From Plasmodiophora brassicae (Eukaryota), in assembly GCA_036867785.1 (NCBI GenBank), contig CP145413.1:62001-126000 (forward strand): a stretch of 64,000 bases of DNA, written 5' to 3'. Position 1 is the first letter of the stretch. Each line of letters starts with the position of its first letter. Made by a program: the position numbers and the translations under genes. A model generated the notes under the pieces. That model was not told where the DNA came from. It was given only the letters and a program-made list of their open reading frames with translations, and made no database searches. This document shows, one piece after another, positions 39,843 to 51,312 of the stretch.

Positions 39843-40639
39843 TCATACATGCTGCCTGGCAACGGCGACCTGCACGACCGTGTTCTCGCGTATCACCGTG
39901 CCGATCATGGCGTTCGGCTGCAGGACCTTCCCGCCCTGGATGACTCGGATGCTGGCTGGGTTGCATCCGATCTCCGTCGCGATCCCTCTTCTGACATCGT
40001 CGATCGTGTCGGAACCCGGCCACCTCATGACCTTGTCGGCGATCCCCGTGGAGAATCGAACGCGGAATGTGACATCCGACGCGGGCTCGTCTGCCGCGTT
40101 CGTCGCCTCAGGTGGCGCGGCAGGGCTGGGCGCGTTGAGCACGTTCACGGGCGTCGTCACGACGTAGTCAGGGAGATCGTACCTACTGACGTTGGGTACG
40201 GCAAACGGTGCACGAAGGGAGGCAGCAGCGCACCGATAGCCTCGTTCGTCGAAACAGAACGTCGATCGCTTGTCGGCGCGGAATGGGCTCAACCCAGCGG
40301 CCTCGCAGATCACGTTGGCGATCTCGACAGTGTCTGCCTCAATCGCCGTCCGGATGGCCTATAACGGTGAGTGTCGGACGACGTCATTGTCGGCGCCTGT
40401 GCGCACCTGCCACATCTCGGGAGCGCCTGACGTCCTCGTGTCCCAAAACTCGAGCCGCTTCTTCGTCAGCTCCTCCATCGTCATGGCCGGCATCGACGAT
40501 TCCCATTCGTCGTTCATCCACATAGCGGGTCCTGGTTGATCTGGTACTTAGAACCGCCCGGTGTCGCCGTCAGATTCGCAATACCGTCGGCGTTGACGCC
40601 ACGTTGCCGTGCTGCCCGGCTGGAGCAGCAGGAACCCAT
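39843..40639 (-). CDS. UBTD1/2 (DC-UbP)-like ubiquitin-domain protein, N-myristoylation/palmitoylation motif
   Basis: MGSCC start; LTKKRLEFWDT..SG..EMW; CFDERGYRYDLPDYV; C-terminal UBL (IRVIQGGKVL..VVQVAV). Confidence 0.85.
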
Positions 40640-41293
40640 GGCGATTGCGTCGGATCCCGGATCCGCGACGTACCGGCCCGAGATCCGTCCCCGAGGATCG
40701 CAATTTCGTCCGACGCCACCTGGCGGGTGCTGCGACTCCGGCTTGCTGCCTGTCCAGACTGAACGCGCCTGCCAGTAGGCACCGGTCACACGACGGACGG
40801 CAAACGCGCGCGCGTCCCCGACCTCGGAAACAATTGCGCACTCGGCGGCTGCTCCGAAACGAGTCGGCCGACGAATTTCATGGGACGCCCGTTTTGGACG
40901 CCGTGCCGCACTGGTCGTTCACCAGAGAGGGTCGCACCCGTGTTGGATGACGATTCTAAAGATAGGCCGTCTGCCATGAGGACCGACGCCCTAATGTTTC
41001 TGCACCAAATCCGAAGGGCACCCATGAGTGCCTGAGTCAGGGTCTGCTGGTCGAACTTGGAGAGGACCTTGAGTGCAACGTCTTGGGAAGACATTGCACT
41101 CAAGGTCCCCTCCAAGTTCCCGTTCGGGAGGTCGTCACGCCAATCGTACTAGCTCTGTGCATTGTGTGACCAAGTCGTGCTACCCTGAGTGACGACACTC
41201 TCACAACAAGGTGGTCGAGTCGTCTACGGGCGCGTTAGCGCAAAAACGAGTACGTCCCGTCGCGCTCGGCAACGTCGACAGCGACGACGCCGA

Positions 41294-42156
41294 ATGGAGG
41301 CATCCGGCGATACCGCCATACCTGTGTCGCCGCCGCTCGTCGCCGACGTGGTCGCGTCCGGGCTCCTGTGGGCCATCGGCGACGTCGTTGCGCAGAAGCT
41401 GGACGTGCAGTCGGACGGCATCGACAGCAGACGCCTGGCGCGCCAGGCCGTGTTCGGCGCCTTCATTCTAGCGCCGTTGGCCCGCTCCTGGTACGGATGC
41501 GCTCCCGAAAGTCGCCCCCTCGTTCCCGCGTTCATCACGACGTCCTACAGGTACTTGCTGCTGTCGGTCATGCTGCCGGAGGCATCGCTGCCTTCGACCA
41601 TCGCGAAAGTTGCATTGGACCAGACCGTGAGCGACGATGCCGTGTTGGCGCCGGTCCCCGTTGGCCATCGTCCGTTCCTGACGATGGCTTCCAGATATGG
41701 GCCGTGACGATTCTATCGCTCATGTACGTATCGTTGAGCGTGATGCAAGGCGCTGGCGTTCAGCATGGGCTGAGCGTTGTGCGCGCGCGCATTCGTGACA
41801 CCATGAAGGCGAACTGGTGCGTGTGGCCGCTCGTGCAGGCTGTCAACCTGACGTTCGTCCCCGTCCGGCACCAGCTGCTGATCGTGAACCTCGTCTCCAT
41901 CCCCTGGAGCGCCTACCTGGTATGCACGCTGCCGGGTTCCGTTGCACAGGTCGCGCGCCCATCTGACCGCTCGTCCGGAGCACAGTCGATCAAGGCGAAC
42001 AGGTCGGGCGGCGGGCCCGAAGGCATATCGTTCCCGCACGGAGAGCATTCGCCGCTGGCCAGCCAGCGCAGCCCGCCGAAGAAGGGAGGCTTCGTCGAGG
42101 TCGTCCCCATGCACGACGCCAGGCCGAAGAAGTCGGACTGGGAAGATGCTCTATGA
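41294..42156 (+). CDS. Mpv17/PMP22 family protein
   Basis: GDVVAQ, KVALDQ, NWCVWPLVQAVNLTFVP, WSAYL. Confidence 0.9.
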
Positions 42157-42453
42157 AGGAGCGCCCGCGTCTACCTCCCGTCAGCCGTCCTCGTCTGAAG
42201 ATAGCTGAGTTCGGGACCCGCGAATCGGTATCGCTAGCAGGGTCGGCGGAACGTACGGCCGCCCGAGGGAGTAGAGACGCCCGTGTGAGTCACCGACGTG
42301 GACCAGTCGGTCGAGTATCTCGTGAGTCAACGCAAGGCCCGCTGGGCGCGATCTTGCCTTCTGCGCCGGTCCCTTCGCCCGTCGTCATCACCATAATACG
42401 TAGTAATGTCGGCGGTCTGAAGCCGTGGAGGGGCACGCTGCTGCCGTACCGAT

Positions 42454-42804
42454 ATGCGGGAGCGCCTGGGCGCTGTCAGCTCCGGGTCCCTGGTCTACGT
42501 TCGGTTCGGGGGCGTCGTCTTCGGCATCTGCAAGACGCCCGCCAGCCAGGCGGCCGTCGTCACCCTCCGGGACAACGTCCGATCGTTGCTCGGCGACGGT
42601 GCCGACGTGCACCGCATCATGGCGTACTGTCGGGCGGCGCTTCGCTGCCTGGCGACACCGCCCGACGACAACGACGCCGTCCTGCACCGGGAACGCCTGC
42701 TGGGCAGCGCTCGCGATTCTGTCCCGCGACCCGGCCCCGTTGCTGTCGACGACAACGACGAGGCTCGTGGCGGGCTCCCCGATGACGATGTAAAGATACT
42801 CTAA
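42454..42804 (+). CDS. Small hypothetical protein
   Basis: 116-aa ORF with coding-like composition ending TAA-TACA; no family recognised. Confidence 0.4.
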   Translation: MRERLGAVSSGSLVYVRFGGVVFGICKTPASQAAVVTLRDNVRSLLGDGADVHRIMAYCRAALRCLATPPDDNDAVLHRERLLGSARDSVPRPGPVAVDDNDEARGGLPDDDVKIL

Positions 42805-42984
42805 TACATATCGACCGGTATTCTGACGCGATAAGAGCGCTCCCTCGCGAATGGTGCATGCGCCCCGGGGGATGGCGCCATCTCGGGCAATCCGGAACGA
42901 TCGGGACTGTTCTGGAGTCGTTGGACGCTACGAGCCGGGCGGCATGCCAACGGCACATCGTTCCCAGAAGGAAATTGAGACGCG

Positions 42985-43759
42985 ATGTCGTTCAGCAAAG
43001 CCGGCTGTGCCGTCCTGGTCCTGATCGGGTTGGCGTGCACGGCGTCGGCGTTCACGAACGGGACGCTGCTGCCGTCGTACCTGTGCGATCTGACTTATCA
43101 GGCGATGGGGTCGCCGCAGTCCCTGGCGGGCGTCCTGCCCCACCTGCTCGAACGCAACTGTAATGGGCTTGTGGCCGCCGGCGCCTGCGCCTGCGCCTGC
43201 ACTATACCGTACTGACCCTGTGCCATCCAGCGACGCAGACCATCGCCGGGTACCACCACCTGAACGTGCCGCCGTACACGCAGGCGCAGGACCTGTGCAC
43301 GGTCGCGCCCGACCCAAACGCGACGGCCCTCGCCGGCCAGCAGACGTTCATTGTCAAGGCCATCGACAGTAACCAGACACTGGGTAGGCGAACGGTGCGG
43401 GCGGGCGGCGTACAGTGACACTGACGACGGGGGCGCCAGTCGGGCTGATCGCCTGGGTGCAGAAGCAGGACGCGCAGGGCAACCTGAAGCAGATCGGGCA
43501 CATGTCGGACCCGGGCCTGAACATGATCCCGTACCCGTACGGGTGCGGCGGCGACCTGAACCGGACGATCGTGCACCGGACGGCGCTGCATCGCAACGCG
43601 ACGATACGCAGCCAGTCGGCGCCCATCACCTGGCAGATGGGATGCGACCAGGTCGGCCCGGGCGAGAAGGCCCAGGTCGCCGGCATCTGCATCACGCAGG
43701 CGAGGCGCGGCGTGCCCGGCGGCGGCTTTGGCAAATTCGTCGTCGACCTCGCCGCCTGA
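42985..43759 (+). CDS. Secreted Cys-containing protein, possibly Reeler-like fold (2 introns)
   Basis: Signal peptide MSFSKAGCAVLVLIGLACTASA, FTNGTLLPSYLC, VGLIAWVQ..KQIGHM..CGG..TIVH..ITWQ..VAGICIT. Confidence 0.65.
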
Positions 43760-43816
43760 TGACTGGGGGGCACCTGTTCGCTCGCGAGGATTAAATGGCA
43801 CGTCGTCGCACCGGTT

Positions 43817-44746
43817 TTATGTGATGACGGTGTCGGCGATCAGACTGAACGGTGGCGACGTGGCCGCCCGCCCAGGTTGGCCGGTCGGTTGAACGACGAT
43901 CGCGTACAGAGGCCCGACCGGCAGCGTCGGGTCGATGCGCCACACGAACCGGCCCGTGTTCGGCGCCGACGTCGTCAGCGTGCGCACGCGCTGGCCGTTG
44001 CGCGTCACCTGGATCGTCACGGGGCCCGCCTCCAGGCCGCCGTTCCACGTGATCGTTCGCGTCGACGACAACGACCAGGAATCGGTCGCCGTCGGCGACT
44101 GGACGATCAGCGTCGCCAGCACCGTGAACGGGTTGCCGGTGTTGCTGATCGCCGGCCGCGTGGTGGACCGTATCCGGATCTGGTAGGCGGCGGTGGCCGG
44201 CGCCAGGGACGTTGCGGGCACGCTCCAGGCGATCGCGCCCTGGTCGGCCGTGGTCGCCCCGACGACGGCGACCACGTTCGACGACCAGGCGGCGAGGACG
44301 TCGACGACAACGGGGTCGGATATCGTCGACGTCCACGTTATCGGGACAATGTCGGAGGCGCGAGCGACGCCCCCAGGGATGTCGTCGAGGAGCAGCGGGC
44401 CGGCTACGCCGAACGACGGGCTTCGAACGGAGACGGACAGGTCGGTGGACCGGACGACGATGGCGTACCCGGGGCCGGTCTGGACGTCTGTCGCCAGGTT
44501 GTGCACGAACGTCGTCGTAGATGTCGGCAGGGCCTGCGCAAGGACGTCGCGAACGTCGCCGCCTTGGTACAGCAGAATGTCGACTTTGTCGACCGCGCTG
44601 GCAGCGTACGTGACGTTCAGCGCGGACCCGGCCTGGATCGTTGCGGACGTAGGCGTCACGATCGATATCGATGCGGCGGTGGCCACCACCACCACCACCT
44701 GGCCGAGCAGGCAGATCGACGATACGGCCGTCAGAGACCCATGCAT
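43817..44746 (-). CDS. Secreted protein with three tandem Kre9/Knh1-type (Ser/Thr-rich GPI family) Ig-like domains, intronless
   Basis: Signal-like MHGSLTAVSSICLLGQVVVVVATAA; three ~90-aa repeats of the form I..P......ITW/TY...V.I.L....G...W.....G..Y.I.V.......S..F.V/L. Confidence 0.75.
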   Translation of the reverse strand: MHGSLTAVSSICLLGQVVVVVATAASISIVTPTSATIQAGSALNVTYAASAVDKVDILLYQGGDVRDVLAQALPTSTTTFVHNLATDVQTGPGYAIVVRSTDLSVSVRSPSFGVAGPLLLDDIPGGVARASDIVPITWTSTISDPVVVDVLAAWSSNVVAVVGATTADQGAIAWSVPATSLAPATAAYQIRIRSTTRPAISNTGNPFTVLATLIVQSPTATDSWSLSSTRTITWNGGLEAGPVTIQVTRNGQRVRTLTTSAPNTGRFVWRIDPTLPVGPLYAIVVQPTGQPGRAATSPPFSLIADTVIT

Positions 44747-44863
44747 GAACGCACGAGACCTGTGACGATACGGCGCCGCTCGTACTGGCTTTAGTACGTC
44801 TCCTCGAGCGGCTCGTGACAGACATTGACACACCGGGTTTAGATGATCATGGCCGCCCTGACA

Positions 44864-44965
44864 GGGGGGGGGGGGGGGGACAGTGGATTCCTGTTCTTAA
44901 CGAGGACGATGATAGCGCCCCCAGCGCCTCGTAAGGGCTCTGCGGGGGGGGGGGGGGGGGGGGGG
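44864..44965 (+). repeat. Two poly-G tracts (G16 at 44864-44879, G22 at 44944-44965), G-quadruplex potential
   Basis: Directly visible homopolymers. Confidence 0.9.
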
Positions 44966-45492
44966 AGGCGCTCATACAGTGTGCGACAAGAGGGGCTCTT
45001 GACTGTGGCTGGCTCTTGACTCTCGGACAGCCTCGGATTTGTCAGGTCGCCTGCTGTTTTGATGTTCCTTTTGAATTTCCTGACCGGTGTTTCATCACTC
45101 GCTCACAACATGGTTTGGGAGTCATGCCAATGTCTGCCTGCATCGAACGGAGCGTTGCACATGCAGTCGTAAGCGGCTCTGACGATGCGTTGACCGGCCT
45201 GACATCAGTGCGGTCGTCGCCTTTTTGTCGCTAGTTGTCGTCCAGCGTCAGGGCAACGTCGCCGGAGCTGTCGGCGCACCATCAAAGAAGCGCCCGGACT
45301 CGTTCGAGGCGTCCCCGATACAGCTATCGCGGTTCGGCCCATATCGCCGTCTCTCGTTGACGAAAATTACGGTGCCTTGTCGGGTCGGGACAGCTGACAC
45401 GTAAACCGCGCGTCTGTCGGCCGAGGTTCTGTGCACAAGCGACAATACGCGGTCGCTATACTAGAGTATGTTTCAGCTGTTCATCTACCCTC

Positions 45493-46948
45493 TCAACGAA
45501 GGATGAACCGTAGCCAGAACGACAGCGTTTCGACCCACAGGTCTCGCGTGCGCTGGTCGGCAGCCTCTAGCTCAATGAGCCGCCTCTTGGCCACGATCGT
45601 GAACCGATTCCGCTCCTTCGAGCTCTCTGCGAGGGCAAGTCATCCCATCGGGCCACCCGTGTGGCCTCTGGCTCCTCCTACCTGCTTCAACGTAGGCGAT
45701 GTCCTGCATGGCGACCTGCCCCTTGATCTTGCCTTTGCGCTCCTCTCTCCACTGCAGGGTGCTCATGTCGGGCGTGCAGAGCACTCTTCGGCTGACCGGC
45801 GACCCGTGCTTGAACTTCCGGAAGACGGCGCCGTCCCTGAGCAAGTCCTCACAATTGCGCTTCTTGCTGGCAAGGTGCTTGCGCGCTTCCGGGTCCTGCA
45901 GCGCGATCTCCTCCTGCTGGGCGATCGTATCCCGGCGGTCAAGCGCCCATTTCAGCGCCTGGTACCACTGGTTCAGCAGGGCCAGGCTGGGCACCTCCAG
46001 CGTCAGCGTCCTCTGGTCGGCCTCAATGAACAGTTTCAGGTGGTGCTGGTGCTTCATGTCGGCATTGACGGCCGTGATCGAGGAGAAGCGGATGAACCCC
46101 CGGACGTCGTGTCGCTCGCCCGGGATGCCCCACATGAGCTTGTCCAGGCCAACGGTGCACCAGACGCGGCGGCGCGTGGCCGCCGTGTTCTTGATCTTCT
46201 TGAACGTGGCGCCTCGGTACAGAAGGTCGCGGTTCTGCTGATCGCGCTGCTCGTCGTCGTGCGCCCTCTGCCGTCGCTGGTGCATGGCACCGCGCTGCAG
46301 GTGAGCGATCTGCCGCATCCAGGCCAGCAGCACGTTCTCGTCGCCAAAGTCCATCAGGATCTGCTGACCGCCCCGCTCTTCGACGCTGGTCACCGTCAGG
46401 CTCCTCTGCTTGATGACGGTCTTGGCGCTCGTCAGGTTCACCGAGAACTCGGGCATCATGTCCGCGCTGCTGGGGAAGCACCAGAGCATGTTCCTGTCGA
46501 GGACGAGCAGCCGTTCGACCCAGGCATGGCCGTACAGGTCTGGGCAGTGGATGGCGGCTCTGCACTCGAACTGGCGCGTCTCCGATCGCCCTGTACTGCT
46601 GCCGGATCCTCGGCTAGGGGTCGGCGACCGCGCCGCCTTCTTCGCGTGCTTGTCGGCCGTTGAGTCGGTCGCGACTTTGGCGTCCAGGCTGATCGGCTTC
46701 ATCGACACGGCCGATGACGCTCGCAGGTGCTCTAACAGGGTTTGCGCCTGGGCGCGGTCGCCGACGTCGTCGAAGATGGCGAGGAACTCGCCCATTTCAC
46801 GGGTGTTGCATCGCGAAAGACTGTCCAGGTCGTCATACCCGTTCTTGATCAGCACGTCGAATCGGTGATCGAGCTGGCCCGACTCCAGCCACGACCGAAC
46901 CTCGTTCATCGACGCCAGGTACGACGCCTTGTTCATGGCGGCGTCCAT
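45493..46948 (-). CDS. SAM domain + three PH-like domains (last two PLC-type), 1 intron
   Basis: VRSWLESGQL..FDVLIKNGYDDL (SAM); LLYRGATFKK..RRRVW..LMW and LLRDGAVFRKF..RRV..LQW; spliced end RFTIVAKRRLIELEAADQRTRDLWVETL. Confidence 0.75.
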
Positions 46949-47115
46949 CCGCCACGAGGAGGAGATTTGGACACCCCCGATCTCTGGTACACATCCGGAT
47001 CACCTCGATGCGTCATGTTCTGGTTCGTATCTTTATTCATTGTTGTTGGGGTTTCACCTGCACAGCGGTATCCAGCCACCTTGTGGAGCAACGTTCGAGA
47101 ACGTGGCTGCGGCAG

Positions 47116-47943
47116 CTACGATTCACGGCGGTCAATGAGGCGTTTGATAAGGTCAGCGTGGTCGAACGCAAGGTCGATCTTGGCGCCACCGAGCGATTTG
47201 GCGTCATCGATGTGGACCTCTCCAGCCGGGATGACGGACTGGGGCCCACCGGCCGCCCCTGCCAGGCCACGACTGCGGGGGACCTGCGTGAAGTTGTCCT
47301 CGTCGAGCTCGACCCAGCGAACCTCGCCGGCATCGCTGCCAGCGTGCGGCTGGACATCGTCCAGGTTGACGACCGTCTTGAACAGGTAGGTGGTCGTGTG
47401 GCCCCGGGGGTCCCGATCCGGATCCGACTTGACAGTCACCAGTTCCAAAGCGCCTAAACGGTCGGGTTAGAGTGCTGACAAGCGGAGTGATGGCAAGCGG
47501 AGGTCCTGATCGACGCGATCCAACGTACTCTGTTTGACGTCGATACCGGTCTCTTCTTTCAGTTCACGCTTGGCGGCGTGTTCCACAGGCTCCTTGTTGG
47601 CGATGTCCACGTATCCGCCAGGAAACGCCCAGGCTTGGCTGTACGGCGGCGATGTGCGCTGGATCAGCAGGACGAACTTGCGGTTGTCACGAACCCCAAC
47701 CACGCCGACGTCTACCATCAGCGACGTCTGCGGCTGACGGTACAGGTAGCCGATCAGGGCCCGCTCGCCGCTCTGCTTCTCCTCCGGTTCATACAGCAGC
47801 CGGGCAGCGCCCATACGACCGCCCAGGTACAGTTCAACCATCCCGGGCACATTGCTATCAAAGACCTCCTGCAGGTTCCGTTCACAACCCGCACGTCAAT
47901 GCCGTCAACGCGCATCACACACCTGCGCAGAGCGCCGTTTCAT
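47116..47943 (-). CDS. Nudix hydrolase, bacterial ADP-ribose pyrophosphatase/NrtR-like type (2 introns)
   Basis: [19 protein letters not shown]...[28 protein letters not shown]. Confidence 0.85.
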
Positions 47944-48293
47944 TCTCCTGATCGCCCCTGACACCCGACGTGTCGCGTATATCGAACGAGCGCCACCGAT
48001 TTCGTTGTGATGCGCTGGGCGAGCGGCTTGCTGCAGCCTGGTTCAAAACGCCGATCCGCTCGGTCAGGTATTATTTCCGGGCCCGATTGGAGGTTAAGCA
48101 CTGTATGACTCATATACGAATATTCCACCCCAGACGGACGGGTGTGTGCAGCTCTTCCGCCCGAGCCGACCCCGTTCCGAGCAGGTTCCGGCGGTTCACG
48201 GCTCCCCGCGCAGGAATACCACGTAGACCCGAACAACGAATAGGGTATACATAGGCGGCTACTGATTCGGTGTATGGCAATACTACGCGACGG

Positions 48294-48758
48294 TTAGGTG
48301 GTGGTTCTTTGCCGCTTCGGCGCTCGGTCGTCACTATCGGCATCGCTGGCGGTCTCGTCGTCATTCCCTTCGTCGTCAGGCGGGTCGTTCGGATCATCGT
48401 CGTTCGGATCATCGTCGTCGTGGCCCTCCTGCTCCTCGTCGTCGGTGTCGGCGTATTCTTGATCGGTGACGTCATCGTCGTCGTCCTCGCCCTGGTCGTC
48501 GTCGTGCTCGAAATCGAGGGCGTCATCGTCGTCAAACGTGCTGCTTGCCATTGAATCGCCAGTCATCGGCCGTCGCTGCCTGACAATCGGGCGCGGATAC
48601 ACTTCAGCACTGGCATCCTCTTCGTCCTCTCCGGAACTCGACGTTGCGTCGTCTACCTCGTCGTCCGGGTCCTCCGCATCCACGTCGTCGTCATACGACG
48701 GGTCCTTCGCAGGCGCCCGGCCCGCACGCGCCGGTTCCTTCCCGCGCGGCGCTGACAT
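48294..48758 (-). CDS. Small, extremely acidic protein with C-terminal NLS (PKRQR)
   Basis: Basic N-terminus, D/E-rich body, terminal APKRQRTTT; probable in-frame intron at ~48545-48600. Confidence 0.7.
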   Translation of the reverse strand: MSAPRGKEPARAGRAPAKDPSYDDDVDAEDPDDEVDDATSSSGEDEEDASAEVYPRPIVRQRRPMTGDSMASSTFDDDDALDFEHDDDQGEDDDDDVTDQEYADTDDEEQEGHDDDDPNDDDPNDPPDDEGNDDETASDADSDDRAPKRQRTTT

Positions 48759-49020
48759 CCCACAAGTATGATCGTTCAAGAAGAACCCTCGGTACCTGTA
48801 GCGGTGCCCAGTGGTCTGGTAGGAGCAACCGCCGTCCGCGTTCCGCGACATCCATCACGCCACCTGTGACTGCCTGCCACAGGGGACGACGACGACCGAG
48901 TACCGACCCACGCGCGCGCCAAAACAACGCCCGACGCGCCGTCGCCGTATTCTTATTTTTTTGGTTGCGGTGTGCAAGTTCCAACCCGCGCCGCGCCCGC
49001 CGCTGTGGTCAGGGTGTCGC

Positions 49021-49639
49021 ATGGACGTGCAGTTCGAGTGCAAGCGGCTGCCGTCCGACATACGGCTGTTCACGCTACGTCGCCGGGGGTGGCCCGTGTC
49101 GATTGCGGATTATGCGGTGGGCGTGGCCTGCGCGGCGTGCCTGCTGGGGCGAGTCGCGGTCAAGGGCTCCATTGCTGTGACCGACTCGGCCGTACTGCTA
49201 GCCGTCGGCATGGCCGTCTGGCGTGTCACGGCGGCCATGTCCAGTGTCTGTGAAGGTACATGCGGGCGAGGCGCGCAGCGTGCGTGCTTGTAGTGACATC
49301 GTCCTGGCAGAGTCGCTGCTCGTTGTACAGGAGCTGGGCGTACAAATTACAAGGAAAACGTATTCGGGCAAGTCGTCCCACATATTTATTGACAAGGATA
49401 AGATCTCCTCCATTGTGGTAGGGCCCGTCACGTACGTCACATTTCCCTGCGTTCTCTGAATCCTTGGCCGGCAGATCAATGAGGGCATCACGGCGTGGCG
49501 CGTGATATTCTACATGGCGTTCATAGTCGAAGGGCAGTCGGATATGGTTCTAGCGTTCTCGTTGCTTCCGAGAATGGCGGTCCTGCTCCCCATTTATCGA
49601 GGCATCCGCGCCGCCGTGTACGGCGGACCCGAGACATGA
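49021..49639 (+). CDS. PIGH: GPI-GlcNAc transferase subunit PIG-H (2 introns)
   Basis: EESLLVVQELGVQI, FIDKDKI..IVINEGIT..VIFYMAFIV, LLPR..L..IYRG. Confidence 0.9.
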
Positions 49640-49972
49640 TACCTGTTGGGCCTGTACCCCAACAGAAGTACCTATATACACAAGTTTGCATAAGTTATGT
49701 GGCATCTCTGGCGGCCCTGCATAATCAGAGGCCAGCTTCTCAACGTAAACGTGTCGAAGCTTGAGGCACGCCACGGTGTAGTCTTGACCTACTTCGACAA
49801 GCGTTAAGTACGATGGCAGCCATGCCGGGCAACGGGATTAGATCACAGCATCCCCCTACGACCGTGCTCCTTGCAGTTATTGAATGCTATACGTCGTACG
49901 GTCATTCCCGCAAGCCGCAGCGCAACCGCACACACGGGGATAACGTGGCGCGCCCGGCAGCCAAACACGACA

Positions 49973-51312
49973 ATGCGGAAGGCCGCACCGTGGCCACTGC
50001 TGGCGCAGCTCATCGCTGATCTGCATCAGCTGGCCGCGCGGATCCCGTCTGCCGAGTACCGGCGGAAAACGAGGCGAGCAGCGCATTTCCTGGACTGTTT
50101 GGGTGCGCTCCGGTCGTGTCGTCGTGTACTGGCCGGAATGTGTTCACCCGTGGCTCAGGGCGCAAGCTGGGTCACGTGCACAAGTTTCGATGTAATCTGG
50201 AGCTGCAAGGCGTCACCTGGTCTGTCCCGCTGGCTCAGCTGTTGGCCTCGGTTTAACGTTGACTGCCAGCATCGACCTTGTGTTCCGGCACTGGAAGGAC
50301 GAAATCTACGGGTGCACAAATGTCAGAGGTCGGTGATGTAATTATTGTGCAGTCAGGTTGGCTCGTATACCTCACCGTTCACGATGCAGACCCTAACTCC
50401 AGAGAGAGCAGACACTTTCGTGATGCGCTGAATTCGTACCCGTTCAACCGCGTTCGCCTGACGTTAGCTAATGCGAGGAGGAATGACGCACCGCGTGTCG
50501 TCTGTACGTCGCCGGCGCCGTTGCTCGTATCAACTTCTCAACCTTTGCCTTATCCACGTACGTAGGCCCCGTGAGTCGCAACGAGCGATGGCTATGCGGG
50601 AGTCATGCGACCAGGCCGAAGTTCGTATCGCTGATGAGGAAGCTGCTGTTTACTGGGCCGGGCAAGTAATATCTGTTTTACACGCACGTCTTCTGCATTC
50701 TCGACATGAGATACAGGAACGGGGCGTCGCATCCTTTGCGTAGCATGGCGGACGTCTCGAAGTACGGCGAGCCGAAGTCGTTGACCTACTTAGCCCAGTC
50801 AGCGCCGCCTGCTCTCCATGCGTGTCCCAGACGTTTGGAAACGCACCAGATCGAATATCTCTGTCGCGGGAACGACGAACGACGGTTTCAGGTCAGACTT
50901 TGTCCCAGCGAACGCCAGCGGTATCGTCTGGAAGCGTTCTCCCAGATACCGACGAAACGCAGTGGCGATTTGCCTCGCGCGCGTCGCTGAATCCCTGGAC
51001 GTCCGGTCGATCACGATCAGCAGAGCCGTTGGCCCTTGGAATAGGCGTGTGTTCGGGTACGGCGACGGGCGAACCTTTCCGGAAGCAGCAGCGCGTCAGC
51101 ATCGGTACCGCCTCGAGGCTCGCGTTCGACCGACCGTATCTCGCATATCCACAATTCGGACGGACGCCTTCTCACAGGAACTGTTCCGCCTGGTGGAGAA
51201 CGACACCGACCGGACGGCCAGGTCGGTATCACCGGGCCTGAAGATCGGCCAGCGCTGGACGGTGCCACTGACCCTGCACAGGATTCAGATACGGATGGGC
51301 GACGCCTGCTGA
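49973..51312 (+). CDS. Hypothetical multi-exon protein
   Basis: Successive coding-like ORF segments separated by GT..AG intron-like stretches; no family recognised. Confidence 0.4.

Noticed and set aside
40786-41115. 109-aa ORF between the UBTD-like and Mpv17 genes
   Set aside because: No recognisable motif or splice support; may be a gene fragment but I cannot support it.
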